NCBI GenBank assembly: GCA_018303825.1
Contig: JAGVXK010000018.1
Location: 5,840 to 69,839 of the forward strand
Reading direction: 5' to 3'
Source: Candidatus Pacearchaeota archaeon
GTDB lineage: Archaea > Nanobdellota > Nanobdellia > Pacearchaeales > GW2011-AR1
DNA length: 64,000 bases
Shown: piece after piece, positions 19,694-28,675 of the stretch
Position numbering within the stretch: the stretch's first letter is position 1
How the letters are laid out: every line of letters begins with the position of its first letter
Position numbers and translations under genes: made by a program
The notes under the pieces: generated by a model
Told to the model about the DNA's origin: nothing
Seen by the model: the letters and a program-made list of their open reading frames with translations, nothing else
Databases searched by the model: none

Positions 19694-20282
19694 AAACAAT
19701 AGCAAAACTAACAAAAGAGGGCAGATAGCAAGCACAATGACATGGATGACTGCGTTCATAATAATCTTTTTCATAATGATTTTATTTATTACATCAGTTA
19801 TTATTTTTTCCGGAACGAAAAAAATTCCAGTTGTGGGAAGTGGCGGAAATCAAATTGAAGTTGAGAAATATGCTGCGGGTGGTTATGCTTTGCAAAGACA
19901 GCTCAACAATTTTATAGTATCTGGGATCTCTTATAATAATGCCAAATCGGCCGTGTTAGACTTCCTTTTGAATATGAAAAGCCTGGAGGGAGAAGAAGCT
20001 AAGGTTTTGAAAGACTTCACTCTTTCCTATTTCAATACCATATCTTCCCAATGCCATGTGGTTTGTGTTAGTTATTATAAAAATAATGAATTAGACAATG
20101 CATTGTTTATGAATACTAAAAAATGCCCGGGCAATGATAAAAATTCTTTGGGAACATCTGTTGTTTCAAAATACGAATGCAAATATTTAGAAGATACATA
20201 CAGCAAGGAGAACATACTTTATACAAGTTTCACAAAAGATAATCTTAAAGTGAGTTTGTTTGAGGGGGCAGCAAATGGCTAA
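19680..20282 (+). CDS. Pilin-like protein
   Basis: TNKRGQIASTMTWMTAFIIIFFIMILF. Confidence 0.55.
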   Translation: MTKIKNNSKTNKRGQIASTMTWMTAFIIIFFIMILFITSVIIFSGTKKIPVVGSGGNQIEVEKYAAGGYALQRQLNNFIVSGISYNNAKSAVLDFLLNMKSLEGEEAKVLKDFTLSYFNTISSQCHVVCVSYYKNNELDNALFMNTKKCPGNDKNSLGTSVVSKYECKYLEDTYSKENILYTSFTKDNLKVSLFEGAANG

Positions 20283-21018
20283 ATTTGGCAGTTTTAATAG
20301 AATTGGGATGAACAAGAAGGGAGATGTTTCTGTGACTCTTCTCATCTTTATGGCTTTGTTTTTGGTTATAACCGCCTTGTATAGTTTTATGGTTTACAGC
20401 AGAATTAATACAAGCATTGCTGACCCAAGATTTTTGGAAAAAAGCTACCAAAAGGAAGAAATGTATAAAATTGAGATATTCACAAAAGGATATGAAAATA
20501 TAGTAAAAGATTATTATGATAAAACTCAAGATTATCTGTCCGGAAATGAATTAGAAGTGTCTGGCTTTCAAATCAAGGATGAAAATGGAAATGTTAAAAA
20601 CATAGATGCTAACAAGGACAAAGAAATGGTTAGTTTCATATCTAAGGAAGACTTTCCTATTTTTGACGAGATAACAATCAAAGACAAGCAATCAAGATGG
20701 TATTGGAGGATTGTTCCTGAATCTGTCAAAGATCAGCAGATAAAGGTTTTGATTAATTCTATTTACAAGCCGAAAATAGATGTCAAAATAAATCTTACTG
20801 AAATGGGGTTGCATGACTTTGATGAGATTGATTCTGCAGTTAATCAATGTAAGGATTCTGATAATGATAAAATAAGATATTGTTTATCTGAAAGATTGGG
20901 CAATTTCGATGTTTCAATAGATGTAAAAGATAATGTTAAAACTGCTTTATTCAATACAAAGAAGAAGTTTTACATAGACAACCAGTTAAGAAAGATAGAG
21001 ATTAGCGTAAAGTTATAG
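20275..21018 (+). CDS. Pilin-like protein
   Basis: MAKFGSFNRIGMNKKGDVSVTLLIFMALFLVITALYSF. ATG at 20275 preferred over the TTG at 20260. Confidence 0.55.
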   Translation: MAKFGSFNRIGMNKKGDVSVTLLIFMALFLVITALYSFMVYSRINTSIADPRFLEKSYQKEEMYKIEIFTKGYENIVKDYYDKTQDYLSGNELEVSGFQIKDENGNVKNIDANKDKEMVSFISKEDFPIFDEITIKDKQSRWYWRIVPESVKDQQIKVLINSIYKPKIDVKINLTEMGLHDFDEIDSAVNQCKDSDNDKIRYCLSERLGNFDVSIDVKDNVKTALFNTKKKFYIDNQLRKIEISVKL

Positions 21019-21030
21019 GCTTAGCACTGG

Positions 21031-21183
21031 TGGCAAAAAGGTTTGTAAGCGTTTTTGGAAAGACCTCGAGGAAGTTAAGGTTTTTGCTTTCGCAAAAAGG
21101 TTTATAATAAGATTTAGAAAATCTTAAGAAAGTCAAGGTTGCTAACGCAAAAGGTTTATAAATAAGTATTTGCTTTAAGAAAC
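21031..21183 (+). repeat. Three tandem 55-59 bp imperfect repeats, each carrying a GCAAAA(A)GGTTT(G/A)TAA BRE/TATA-like box
   Basis: GCAAAAAGG at 21033 and 21092, GCAAAAGG at 21147. Units share ...AAG(A/T)(T/C)AAGGTT. Last copy sits about 26 nt from the ATG at 21184. Confidence 0.6.
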
Positions 21184-21759
21184 ATGCTTAATAAAAGAGG
21201 ACAGGAAGGCGGCGGAGGCACTAGCCTTGGAATGATTATAAGTATAGTCTTATTGGTATTGATTCTCATCTTCGCAGCTTATGCTCTTACTTCCAGCGGG
21301 AGAGAGTTTCTCGCAAAAGTTTTCAACTTTAAGGGCGGCACCACATTAGATTCCGTAGTTTCTGGATGTGCACTTTCTGCTGATTCGCAGGCAACAGACA
21401 GTTTCTGCTCTGAATTGAAGTATGTCAATCTTGATGGAAAGGATCAGTATGTTACATGCGATTATCTCCGTTCTATTAATAAGCTGGATAAGAGTCTTGT
21501 GTGCCTCGGATTAAGCAAGGACCTCGCCAATAACTGTCTTGCTTTAAAGAAGACAGGGATTATGGTCAATGGAATTACTATTGTTGGGTTGGAAGTTTGT
21601 GTAAAGGATCCTAAACTGGGAGGTTCTACTTGTGAGCAGTTTGGTGGTGCTCAGAAGCTTGCTACCGAATGCACTACTCTTAAAGGGACAGTAATCTATT
21701 CTATGCTCGGTGCAGATAATAAACCTACGGGTTCTGTTTGTTGCAAACTTGTAGTTTAA
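21184..21759 (+). CDS. Cys-rich pilin-like protein, candidate major subunit
   Basis: MLNKRGQEGGGGTSLGMIISIVLLVLILIFAAYAL. 10 Cys in the mature part. Own monocistronic unit behind the triple promoter-like repeat. Confidence 0.6.
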   Translation: MLNKRGQEGGGGTSLGMIISIVLLVLILIFAAYALTSSGREFLAKVFNFKGGTTLDSVVSGCALSADSQATDSFCSELKYVNLDGKDQYVTCDYLRSINKLDKSLVCLGLSKDLANNCLALKKTGIMVNGITIVGLEVCVKDPKLGGSTCEQFGGAQKLATECTTLKGTVIYSMLGADNKPTGSVCCKLVV

Positions 21760-21817
21760 TTTAGTTTTATTTTTTGTTATTCATTAATTATTTAAAGGTG
21801 TTTTTTCTTTTCTATTA

Positions 21818-21961
21818 ATGGATTACGGGTTTTCTGAAAGAAGGAAGAATAAGAATGATAAAAGGGCTAAGTCCAGGTTTAACAAATTTAAAAGAGGCGG
21901 ACGGTTCAGAACTAGTAATGTTAATAATATTAATTCAACTGAGAATAAGGGTGAGAAATGA
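21818..21961 (+). CDS. Small highly basic peptide (47 aa), ATGA-coupled to the prepilin peptidase
   Basis: Own translation: MDYGFSERRKNKNDKRAKSRFNKFKRGGRFRTSNVNNINSTENKGEK. Confidence 0.3.
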   Translation: MDYGFSERRKNKNDKRAKSRFNKFKRGGRFRTSNVNNINSTENKGEK

Positions 21962-22815
21962 ATGAGTATTATTTCTTGTTTGCATTAGTATTAGTTTATG
22001 CACTGTTTGCTGTTGTTCAGGATTTAAAGAAAAAAGAAGTGGCTAATTGGCTTAATTTGTCTTTGATTGCTTTTGCCCTTGCCTATAGGGCCCTTTACTC
22101 GCTTTACATAAAAGATATGAACTTTTTCGTTTTTGGATTAGTTGGATTGATTGTGTTTTACATAGTTGGTTCAATATTCTACTATTCTAAGGCATTTGGA
22201 GGGGGGGACGTAAAATTATTGGCTGGAGTAGGGGTTATACTGCCTTTCAAGAGCTATTCTGGCGTTCTCTTTGTTTTATTGGAGTTTCTAATAATCTTGT
22301 TTTTTATCGGAGCAGTTTATACTTTGATTTATAGCATTGTTCTTGCATTTAAGAACAGGAAGATATTCAAGAAAGAATTTTCTTTATTATTTAAAAGATA
22401 TTGGAGATTTCTTCTAATTATAGCTACTTTTGCCATTCTTTTAGGGTTTTTCATAGGGGTTTTTAACTCGGGGGGGTTGGGAGTGGGAGTTGCGGTATTT
22501 TTTGTTCTTATTTCTATTTTATATGTTTATTTGAAGGCCTTAGATAAAGGAATGATAATTAAAATAAAACCAGACAAATTAACAGAAGGCGACTGGATAT
22601 TGCAGGATATAAAATTGAATGGATATATTGTTAAAAATACAGTTCATGGACTTACATTAAAAGATATTCAAATGTTGAGGAAGGCTAAAAAGGAGGTTTA
22701 TGTCAAGACAGGAATTCCTTTTGTTCCTGCCGTGTTTTTTGCTTTGTTAGTTATGGTATTCTTCTCTCTAGTTTTAAAGTCAGACCTTCTGATTTTGCTT
22801 TTTTCCCGATTTTAA
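21958..22815 (+). CDS. A24-family prepilin/preflagellin peptidase (PibD/FlaK-like)
   Basis: Polytopic. Two Asp motifs: AVVQDLKKKEV and FGGGDVKLLAGVG (GxGDxK). Confidence 0.75.
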   Translation: MNEYYFLFALVLVYALFAVVQDLKKKEVANWLNLSLIAFALAYRALYSLYIKDMNFFVFGLVGLIVFYIVGSIFYYSKAFGGGDVKLLAGVGVILPFKSYSGVLFVLLEFLIILFFIGAVYTLIYSIVLAFKNRKIFKKEFSLLFKRYWRFLLIIATFAILLGFFIGVFNSGGLGVGVAVFFVLISILYVYLKALDKGMIIKIKPDKLTEGDWILQDIKLNGYIVKNTVHGLTLKDIQMLRKAKKEVYVKTGIPFVPAVFFALLVMVFFSLVLKSDLLILLFSRF

Positions 22816-23389
22816 TTTTTTTTATTCTTTTTTTTACTATTTTTAATTTCTGCTCTAGTTCTTGGAGTTGCTTTTCATTTGCATCTGTTCTTGGAGATAG
22901 AAGATTTAGGGATTTATCATAAATAGGAATGACATTTATTATCATCTCTCCGAATTTGTATTCTGTCTGGATTTCAGATGATTTCGCCTCTAATTTTTTT
23001 GATATTCTTTTTGCTATCTTCTTGGAAAGGTTAAAGCACGAATTGGGAAGAGATTTTGCTTCAGTTACTGGTTTTTTTGGAATGATGACAATATGAGCAT
23101 TTGAAACTGGCTTAATGTCCAGAACAGCCAGGGCATCTTTGTTTTCCGCAATGACATATGCCTTGATATCTCCGTCGACGATTGAACGAAAAACTCCCTT
23201 CTGTGGTTTATTTGTGTTTCCAGATTTTTCCTGCTGCTGTTTTATCATGGCTTCCAATGCTTGCGGAGAAAGAGAGGCAATTTGGTTTAGTGCAGCTTCT
23301 TTTTGCTGTTGTGGAAGATCTTTAACCTGCTCTCTGAGCTGTTCTTTCAGTTCTTCTATCTGTTCGGGTGTTAGTGCCATTTTATTCAT
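22751..23389 (-). CDS. HIT-like domain protein lacking the histidine triad, with N-terminal coiled coil
   Basis: AYVIAENKDALAVLDIKPVSNAHIVIIPKKP fits the HIT fold. The expected HxHxHxx position reads GEMIINVIPIY. Confidence 0.4.
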   Translation of the reverse strand: MNKMALTPEQIEELKEQLREQVKDLPQQQKEAALNQIASLSPQALEAMIKQQQEKSGNTNKPQKGVFRSIVDGDIKAYVIAENKDALAVLDIKPVSNAHIVIIPKKPVTEAKSLPNSCFNLSKKIAKRISKKLEAKSSEIQTEYKFGEMIINVIPIYDKSLNLLSPRTDANEKQLQELEQKLKIVKKRIKKIKIGKKAKSEGLTLKLERRIP

Positions 23390-23454
23390 AGAAATGTGGG
23401 TTTTATATAGGTTACTAGGAGATGGTCATTACTTTGATTTAATCAGAATGATAA

Positions 23455-23730
23455 TTATCCGAAGGCTCTGCGGTAGTCTTCAATTGTGACCGATGAGACT
23501 TCTTTGATTGTTGACAATATTGATTCAATCGTGTCAGTGCCTTTTTGCTCATCCAAGGCGAATTTGATATATAATGCTTTAAGTCCAAAGGCAATTGGCT
23601 TTTCTTCGAATGAAAGATTTTTTGCTTCCTCTTTTTCCAATCTTGATTTTGCCTCCGTTTTTATGGTTTCCAAGTCAGAACTAGGGGATTCAGGCATCAA
23701 TTTTACTATTATAGAGACCACTGCAGCCAT
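23455..23730 (-). CDS. ef1b: Translation elongation factor aEF-1 beta
   Basis: 91 aa: MAAVVSIIVKLMPESP...EEKPIAFGLKALYIKF...VTIEDYRRAFG. Typical length and sequence. Confidence 0.8.
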   Translation of the reverse strand: MAAVVSIIVKLMPESPSSDLETIKTEAKSRLEKEEAKNLSFEEKPIAFGLKALYIKFALDEQKGTDTIESILSTIKEVSSVTIEDYRRAFG

Positions 23731-23826
23731 AGGCTGAATTGATTTTTTAGGTTTATAAACCTAATTAGTAAAAACTCTCCTAGCAAAAAAATAAAGTTAA
23801 AAATTAAAAAGATAAATTATGGAATT

Positions 23827-24006
23827 TTACTTCTTGAATAGGGCAATTAGCTCCCAGATGCCTGCCAATCCAACTAGTGCATAGATAATTGTTGTTACGA
23901 TTCCTAAACCACCTAAAACTCCCCCTCCATCGTTGAATGCTCCGATTCCCCAGTTAAGCGCACCAATTATGACTAGTATTCTTGCTACCCAATCAATTGT
24001 GTTCAT
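23827..24006 (-). CDS. DUF378-like small membrane protein (59 aa)
   Basis: Own translation: MNTIDWVARILVIIGALNWGIGAFN... ALNWG motif. Confidence 0.55.
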   Translation of the reverse strand: MNTIDWVARILVIIGALNWGIGAFNDGGGVLGGLGIVTTIIYALVGLAGIWELIALFKK

Positions 24007-24142
24007 TTTTAATAACCTCCTTTCAATACAATAAGTTATCTAAATTAATATTAATGGGTATTTAAAGGTTTTTGAAATATGTTTATCGAACATATCTTTG
24101 AGGTATCAAAATACTTTTAAAGAGGCGTTTTTTAGACATTGG

Positions 24143-25078
24143 ATGAACAACTATGGGCAACTGATTGCTAAGATTTCTGAATATGCAAAACTGAATAGTG
24201 ATGAGATTGAGAGAAGGGTGGAGGCAAAAAGAGCAAAGTTATCCGGATTGGTAAGCAAAGAGGGAGCAGCGCAGATAGTTGCAGCTGAATTGGGGATTAA
24301 TTTTGACAAGGAAAAAATGAAAATCTCTGAATTGGTTCAGGGAATGAAAAGGGCGAATATATTGGGAAAGATAATAGATGTTTCTCCGGTCAGGGAGTTT
24401 AATAAAAACAACCGGCAGGGGAAGGTTGTTAATTTGCTTGTTGCGGACGAGAGTTCAAATGTAAAGGTAGTTTTATGGGATACAAATCATATTAATTTAA
24501 TTGAAACTGGAAAGTTAAAGACAGGAGACATAGTTGAAATATCAAATGGAAATGTCAGAAACGGGGAATTACATTTGAGTTCATTTTCAGATATAAAACA
24601 GAGCAAACAAGAAGTTGGAAATGTTGTGACGAAGAAGATGTTCAATCAGAAAAAATTAATAGAAACTAAGGTCGGGGAGAGCCTGAAAACGAGGGCATAT
24701 ATTGTCCAGGTGTTTGACCCTCATTATTTTGAAATATGCCCTGAATGCAGAAGGAAAGCCAATGAGGGAGAATGCAGCGTGCACGGCAAGATAAATCCTA
24801 TTAAAAGAGCAATAATGAACATAATCTTAGATGACGGAACAGAGACAATAAGATCTGTCATAGTTGGGGAAAATATTAACCTTCTTGGCTTGGACGATGA
24901 GCAGATATTTTCATTGGAAAAGTTTGCAGAAAATAAAAATTCTCTTTTAGGAGAAGAAAAAATATTCTCGGGAAATGTACGGACAAATACTATGTTTAAT
25001 AATGCAGAGTTCAGCATAGAAAAAGTGGAAGGTGTTTCTGCAGATGAGCTGATTAAAGAGCTGCAGGCTAAGCAATAA
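24143..25078 (+). CDS. RPA-like single-stranded DNA-binding protein (OB folds + zinc finger)
   Basis: LSGLVSKEGAAQIVAAELGI N-terminus. OB-like VVNLLVADESSNVKVVLWD. Zinc finger CPECRRK...CSVHG. Confidence 0.7.
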   Translation: MNNYGQLIAKISEYAKLNSDEIERRVEAKRAKLSGLVSKEGAAQIVAAELGINFDKEKMKISELVQGMKRANILGKIIDVSPVREFNKNNRQGKVVNLLVADESSNVKVVLWDTNHINLIETGKLKTGDIVEISNGNVRNGELHLSSFSDIKQSKQEVGNVVTKKMFNQKKLIETKVGESLKTRAYIVQVFDPHYFEICPECRRKANEGECSVHGKINPIKRAIMNIILDDGTETIRSVIVGENINLLGLDDEQIFSLEKFAENKNSLLGEEKIFSGNVRTNTMFNNAEFSIEKVEGVSADELIKELQAKQ

Positions 25079-25274
25079 GTTTAAATTTAATGTTTTCTTT
25101 CTTTGGGAATGTTAATGAAAGTTCTTAGAAATAGGGCTTGGGAAGTCTTAGGCAAGATAAGGGTTGTTGGAGCAACTAGAACAAAGACCTTGGAGAGGAT
25201 AAGGTTTTTACCGAGGTAAAAATGTTAATTATATTTAAAAAACATAAGAAAAGTAGGGTTCACAAGGTGAAAAG

Positions 25275-25724
25275 ATGTTAATGAAAACACATTTGGCGAT
25301 AGGGGTTTTTCTTTTGGCTTTGTTTCTTCCGCATGTCAATTATGAATTTATCTTTTTGCCAGTTATTTTAATAGCTTCAATACTTCCAGACATTGACAGT
25401 GCATTTTCCACAGTTGGAAAGAATAGAATCTTTAGATTTTTGCAATGGGTGACAAAACACAGGGGAGTAATACACAGTTTTACACTATGCCTTATCATTT
25501 CAGTTATTTTTGCCATAATATATCCGCCTTTGGCATTTCCTTTCTTTTTAGGGTATGGAATACATTTGTTTGTTGATAGTTTTACAGTTGATGGGATAAG
25601 GCCTTTCTGGCCCTGGGGTGCAACCGTAAATGGAAAAGTAAGAACTGGAGGGAGTATAGAGTATTTAATCTTCGTAATATTTTGCGTTATTGATGTTGCA
25701 ATGATAATCAATTGGTTTTTGTAA
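25275..25724 (+). CDS. Membrane-bound metal-dependent hydrolase, YdjM/DUF457-like
   Basis: THLAIG, LPDIDS, HRGVIHS, HLFVDSFT in a 4-TM protein. Confidence 0.6.
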   Translation: MLMKTHLAIGVFLLALFLPHVNYEFIFLPVILIASILPDIDSAFSTVGKNRIFRFLQWVTKHRGVIHSFTLCLIISVIFAIIYPPLAFPFFLGYGIHLFVDSFTVDGIRPFWPWGATVNGKVRTGGSIEYLIFVIFCVIDVAMIINWFL

Positions 25725-26021
25725 TTATCTCTCAGCCTTGTAGTTTTTTCTATGAGAAGTTTCAGAATTTAGCCGTAATTCATATTTTTCTTCCTTTTGC
25801 ATAAGTTCAATAATTGAAGCAGACTCAAATCTCGCTAAAGGTTCATTACAAGGGGCATCTATGTATCCTACGAATTCTTCTAAGTGCATTATTGACGCCT
25901 TTTTCATATAAATAATATTATTTTCTAATTTATAATATTTTGTTTTATTAAAATAATATCTTTTTAGAAGTGTATTTTTGAGTAGTATAATCTTTATAAA
26001 TGAAGACATTGTGAAATTGGA

Positions 26022-27023
26022 ATGGCTAAAGAGGAAGAAGACAAAGAGGAAAAGAGAAAAGAAGGTAAAAAAGAGGAGGTGGGCCTTACAGATGTTCCTG
26101 GAATAGGCCCCGGCATTGCTGCGAAGCTTGAAAATGCAGGAGTTTATGATTTAATGGGCTTGGCTGTAATGAGTCCGGCGGTTTTGGCAGATACAGCCGG
26201 GGTAGGAGAGGCTGTTGCCAGAAAGGCAATTCAGGCAGCTAGAAATATGCTTAAACTTGGATTTGTTTCTGGAGATGAATTTGCAAAAAACAGGGAAAAT
26301 GTAAATAATGTTACAACTGGAAGTGTTAATTTGAACAATCTTCTGGGAGGAAAAGGGATAGAAACAAAAGCGATAACTGAGGCGTATGGTGCATATGGTA
26401 GTGGAAAGACACAGCTGGGTTTATGCCTGGCTGTGAACGTCCAGCTGCCAAAAGAACAAGGGGGGGCAAATGGAAAAGCAGTATTTATCGATACGGAAGG
26501 AACATTCAGGCCGAGCAGAATAAGGCAGATTGCAGAAGGAATAGGGGCAAATTCTGAAAAAGTGCTAAAAAATATTCTGGTTGCGAGGGCATTTAATTCA
26601 GACCATCAGATTTTATTATTGGATAAAGTAGGAGAGTTAATAAGGGATGGGGAACCTATTAAGTTGGTTATTATAGACTCTTTAACTGCGCATTTCAGAG
26701 CAGAATTCACAGGAAGAGGACAGCTGGCAGACAGACAGCATAAATTGAACAAGTATTTACATAGTTTGATGAAGCTGGCAGAGCAGTATAATCTTGCGAT
26801 TTATGTTACAAATCAGGTAATGGCAAATCCTGCAATGATGTTTGGAGACCCCACAACTCCTGTCGGGGGCAACATTTTAGGGCACGCCTCAACATATAGG
26901 GTATATTTAAGAAGGGGCAAGCAAGGTTCAAGAGTAGCAAAAATGATTGATTCTCCTAATCTTCCTGAAAATGAGTGCCAGTTTTGGCTAACAGAAAAAG
27001 GTTTGAAAGACGAAGAGGAATAA
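26022..27023 (+). CDS. radA: DNA repair and recombination protein RadA
   Basis: HhH VPGIGPGIAAKLENAG, Walker A GAYGSGKTQ, Walker B KLVIIDS, NQVMANP. Confidence 0.95.
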   Translation: MAKEEEDKEEKRKEGKKEEVGLTDVPGIGPGIAAKLENAGVYDLMGLAVMSPAVLADTAGVGEAVARKAIQAARNMLKLGFVSGDEFAKNRENVNNVTTGSVNLNNLLGGKGIETKAITEAYGAYGSGKTQLGLCLAVNVQLPKEQGGANGKAVFIDTEGTFRPSRIRQIAEGIGANSEKVLKNILVARAFNSDHQILLLDKVGELIRDGEPIKLVIIDSLTAHFRAEFTGRGQLADRQHKLNKYLHSLMKLAEQYNLAIYVTNQVMANPAMMFGDPTTPVGGNILGHASTYRVYLRRGKQGSRVAKMIDSPNLPENECQFWLTEKGLKDEEE

Positions 27024-27448
27024 TGCCAACTTTAGAACGAATAACGAAATGGAAAGAGGAAGCGGCTAGAAGGCAAAGTATACTTTACGAAAGAGTTTCT
27101 CAAATAAAGATGAATGAAACTTCTCAACAAGCTTCAAAAAGAAAATTAATGGGTTTAGAATGGAGTGAATTTCCAGTTTTATTGAAAGCCAGATGGCATA
27201 TTGATAACTGCTGGCATGATGGTAAACCTTTGAGGGAAGCTAAAATGAGTTGTTTTGAAAGCAGTTATGTTGGAGGAATGGATTTAAATCCAGGGTTTAT
27301 AAGATATCGAGAGGCAGCCATGCAGCATGAAATTCATTTTGAACAATGTCTCAAATGCAAATTGTTATATGCATTGCCTCCAAGTCCGAAGGATTTGGAG
27401 AGAAGAAGGAAGGTCAGAGAGATCATTTATGCCGGAAGTGGAAAATAA
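27023..27448 (+). CDS. Hypothetical Cys/His/Trp-containing protein, TAATG-coupled to radA
   Basis: 141 aa: MPTLERITKWKEEAARR...WHIDNCWHDGKPL...HFEQCLKCKLLY. No family recognised. Confidence 0.45.
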   Translation: MPTLERITKWKEEAARRQSILYERVSQIKMNETSQQASKRKLMGLEWSEFPVLLKARWHIDNCWHDGKPLREAKMSCFESSYVGGMDLNPGFIRYREAAMQHEIHFEQCLKCKLLYALPPSPKDLERRRKVREIIYAGSGK

Positions 27449-27457
27449 ATTTATAAT

Positions 27458-28609
27458 TTAATTAATTCTCTTTGAGTTTTCAAATATTTTTATATTTCTT
27501 TTTTTAAGTTCTTTGAAAAATATTTCTGGCGGGATTCCTATTTCTGGGGAAAAAGCACCCTTTTCAGTTATGTCTCCCTTTTTCACTAATTGTGCAAGAA
27601 TACTTGCGGGCATTCCAGTATCTATATTACAACCTGCGCTTTCCCAATGGTGCAATGTTGGAACAATGCTTTCCATTTGGATAAATTTCTTTTTTCCATT
27701 TTTTGTTCCATATATTCTTACCCAAAGATTTTCTTTTTCTTTGTATCCTTTAGGATATTTTATTCTTTTTAGCATTTGAGTTAAAAAGTTTATCGGCTTT
27801 ATTTTATTTCCATTAAAATTGATTTCTTCTTTGTCAGCAAATCCCAGTTTTATCAAATCTACTATCATTCTAAAGGAATGTTCCGGGAATCCTGCATAGA
27901 ATTTAATGTTTTTCAATCCTTTATTTGAAAAATAATGCAGAAAAGTATATTGTTCCGGATGTCTTACATACATTTCAGTTTCCTTTCCAATGGTGCGATG
28001 ATATTCTTTCATAGTAGTCTTAAGTGGTGTTTTGAACTCAAAATGCCTGTTTTTGACTACTGGGGCTGGGCTTGTAAATTCTTCAATTACACTCTCAATT
28101 GAGAAAGGAACGACAAATTCTTTTATATTAGAATCCCAGGCGAAACCTACATGAATTTCATTTATTTTATCAAATTTCTCTGAAGCATATCTTAGCATTA
28201 TGTTTCCTATTCCAGGAACAGAGCCTATACCTGTTATGCCAACAATATTTTTCTTTTTCATTTTTTTATTCAATGAAAATTGCTTTTTTGTCATTGGAAT
28301 TTCAGAACCAAGATCAATGCAATTTACTTTCAGTTTTGTGCACAGCTTAAATACTTGATAATTCCAGTCTCCTTCCATACAGTTGAGGACCACATTTGCT
28401 TTTGAGAATTTTATCGCTTTTCTTATCGTGTTAATTTTTGTAGCTTCGATATATCTAAATGCTGTTTTTTTATATTTTTTCAGTATATGTTCTATTCTAG
28501 ATTTGTCTCTTCCGCACAAAAGAACCGAATAATTACTTTCTAAAAGATCTCTTGTAGCTATTTTTCCCTGCATTCCTGTTGCGCCCAAAACAATAAAATC
28601 AAAACTCAA
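27458..28609 (-). CDS. Saccharopine-dehydrogenase-like NAD(P)-binding oxidoreductase
   Basis: N-terminal Rossmann FIVLGATGMQGKIATRDL. Overall layout resembles the saccharopine dehydrogenase family. Confidence 0.5.
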   Translation of the reverse strand: MSFDFIVLGATGMQGKIATRDLLESNYSVLLCGRDKSRIEHILKKYKKTAFRYIEATKINTIRKAIKFSKANVVLNCMEGDWNYQVFKLCTKLKVNCIDLGSEIPMTKKQFSLNKKMKKKNIVGITGIGSVPGIGNIMLRYASEKFDKINEIHVGFAWDSNIKEFVVPFSIESVIEEFTSPAPVVKNRHFEFKTPLKTTMKEYHRTIGKETEMYVRHPEQYTFLHYFSNKGLKNIKFYAGFPEHSFRMIVDLIKLGFADKEEINFNGNKIKPINFLTQMLKRIKYPKGYKEKENLWVRIYGTKNGKKKFIQMESIVPTLHHWESAGCNIDTGMPASILAQLVKKGDITEKGAFSPEIGIPPEIFFKELKKRNIKIFENSKRIN

Positions 28610-28675
28610 TTTATCACCTTTCCAGTATATGTAAAATAAGGTATATAAATTTTGTTTATGACCTAGAAAAAATTA

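Noticed and set aside
21031-21183. Tandem repeats considered as a CRISPR array
   Set aside because: Only three imperfect 55-59 bp units, no repeat-spacer organisation, and each unit looks like a promoter box. No cas genes in the window.
25096-25218. Short basic ORF (MKVLRNRAWEVLGKIRVVGATRTKTLERIRFLPR) considered as a small ribosomal protein
   Set aside because: It matches no small ribosomal protein I can recall (L39e, L40e, L41e, S30e). Too short to support without homology evidence.
25725-26009. 94-aa minus-strand ORF between the hydrolase gene and radA
   Set aside because: Its 5' third overlaps the radA promoter region and reads as K/N/Y low-complexity. A shorter 60-aa version from 25907 is possible but has no supporting motif, so it is not listed as a feature.
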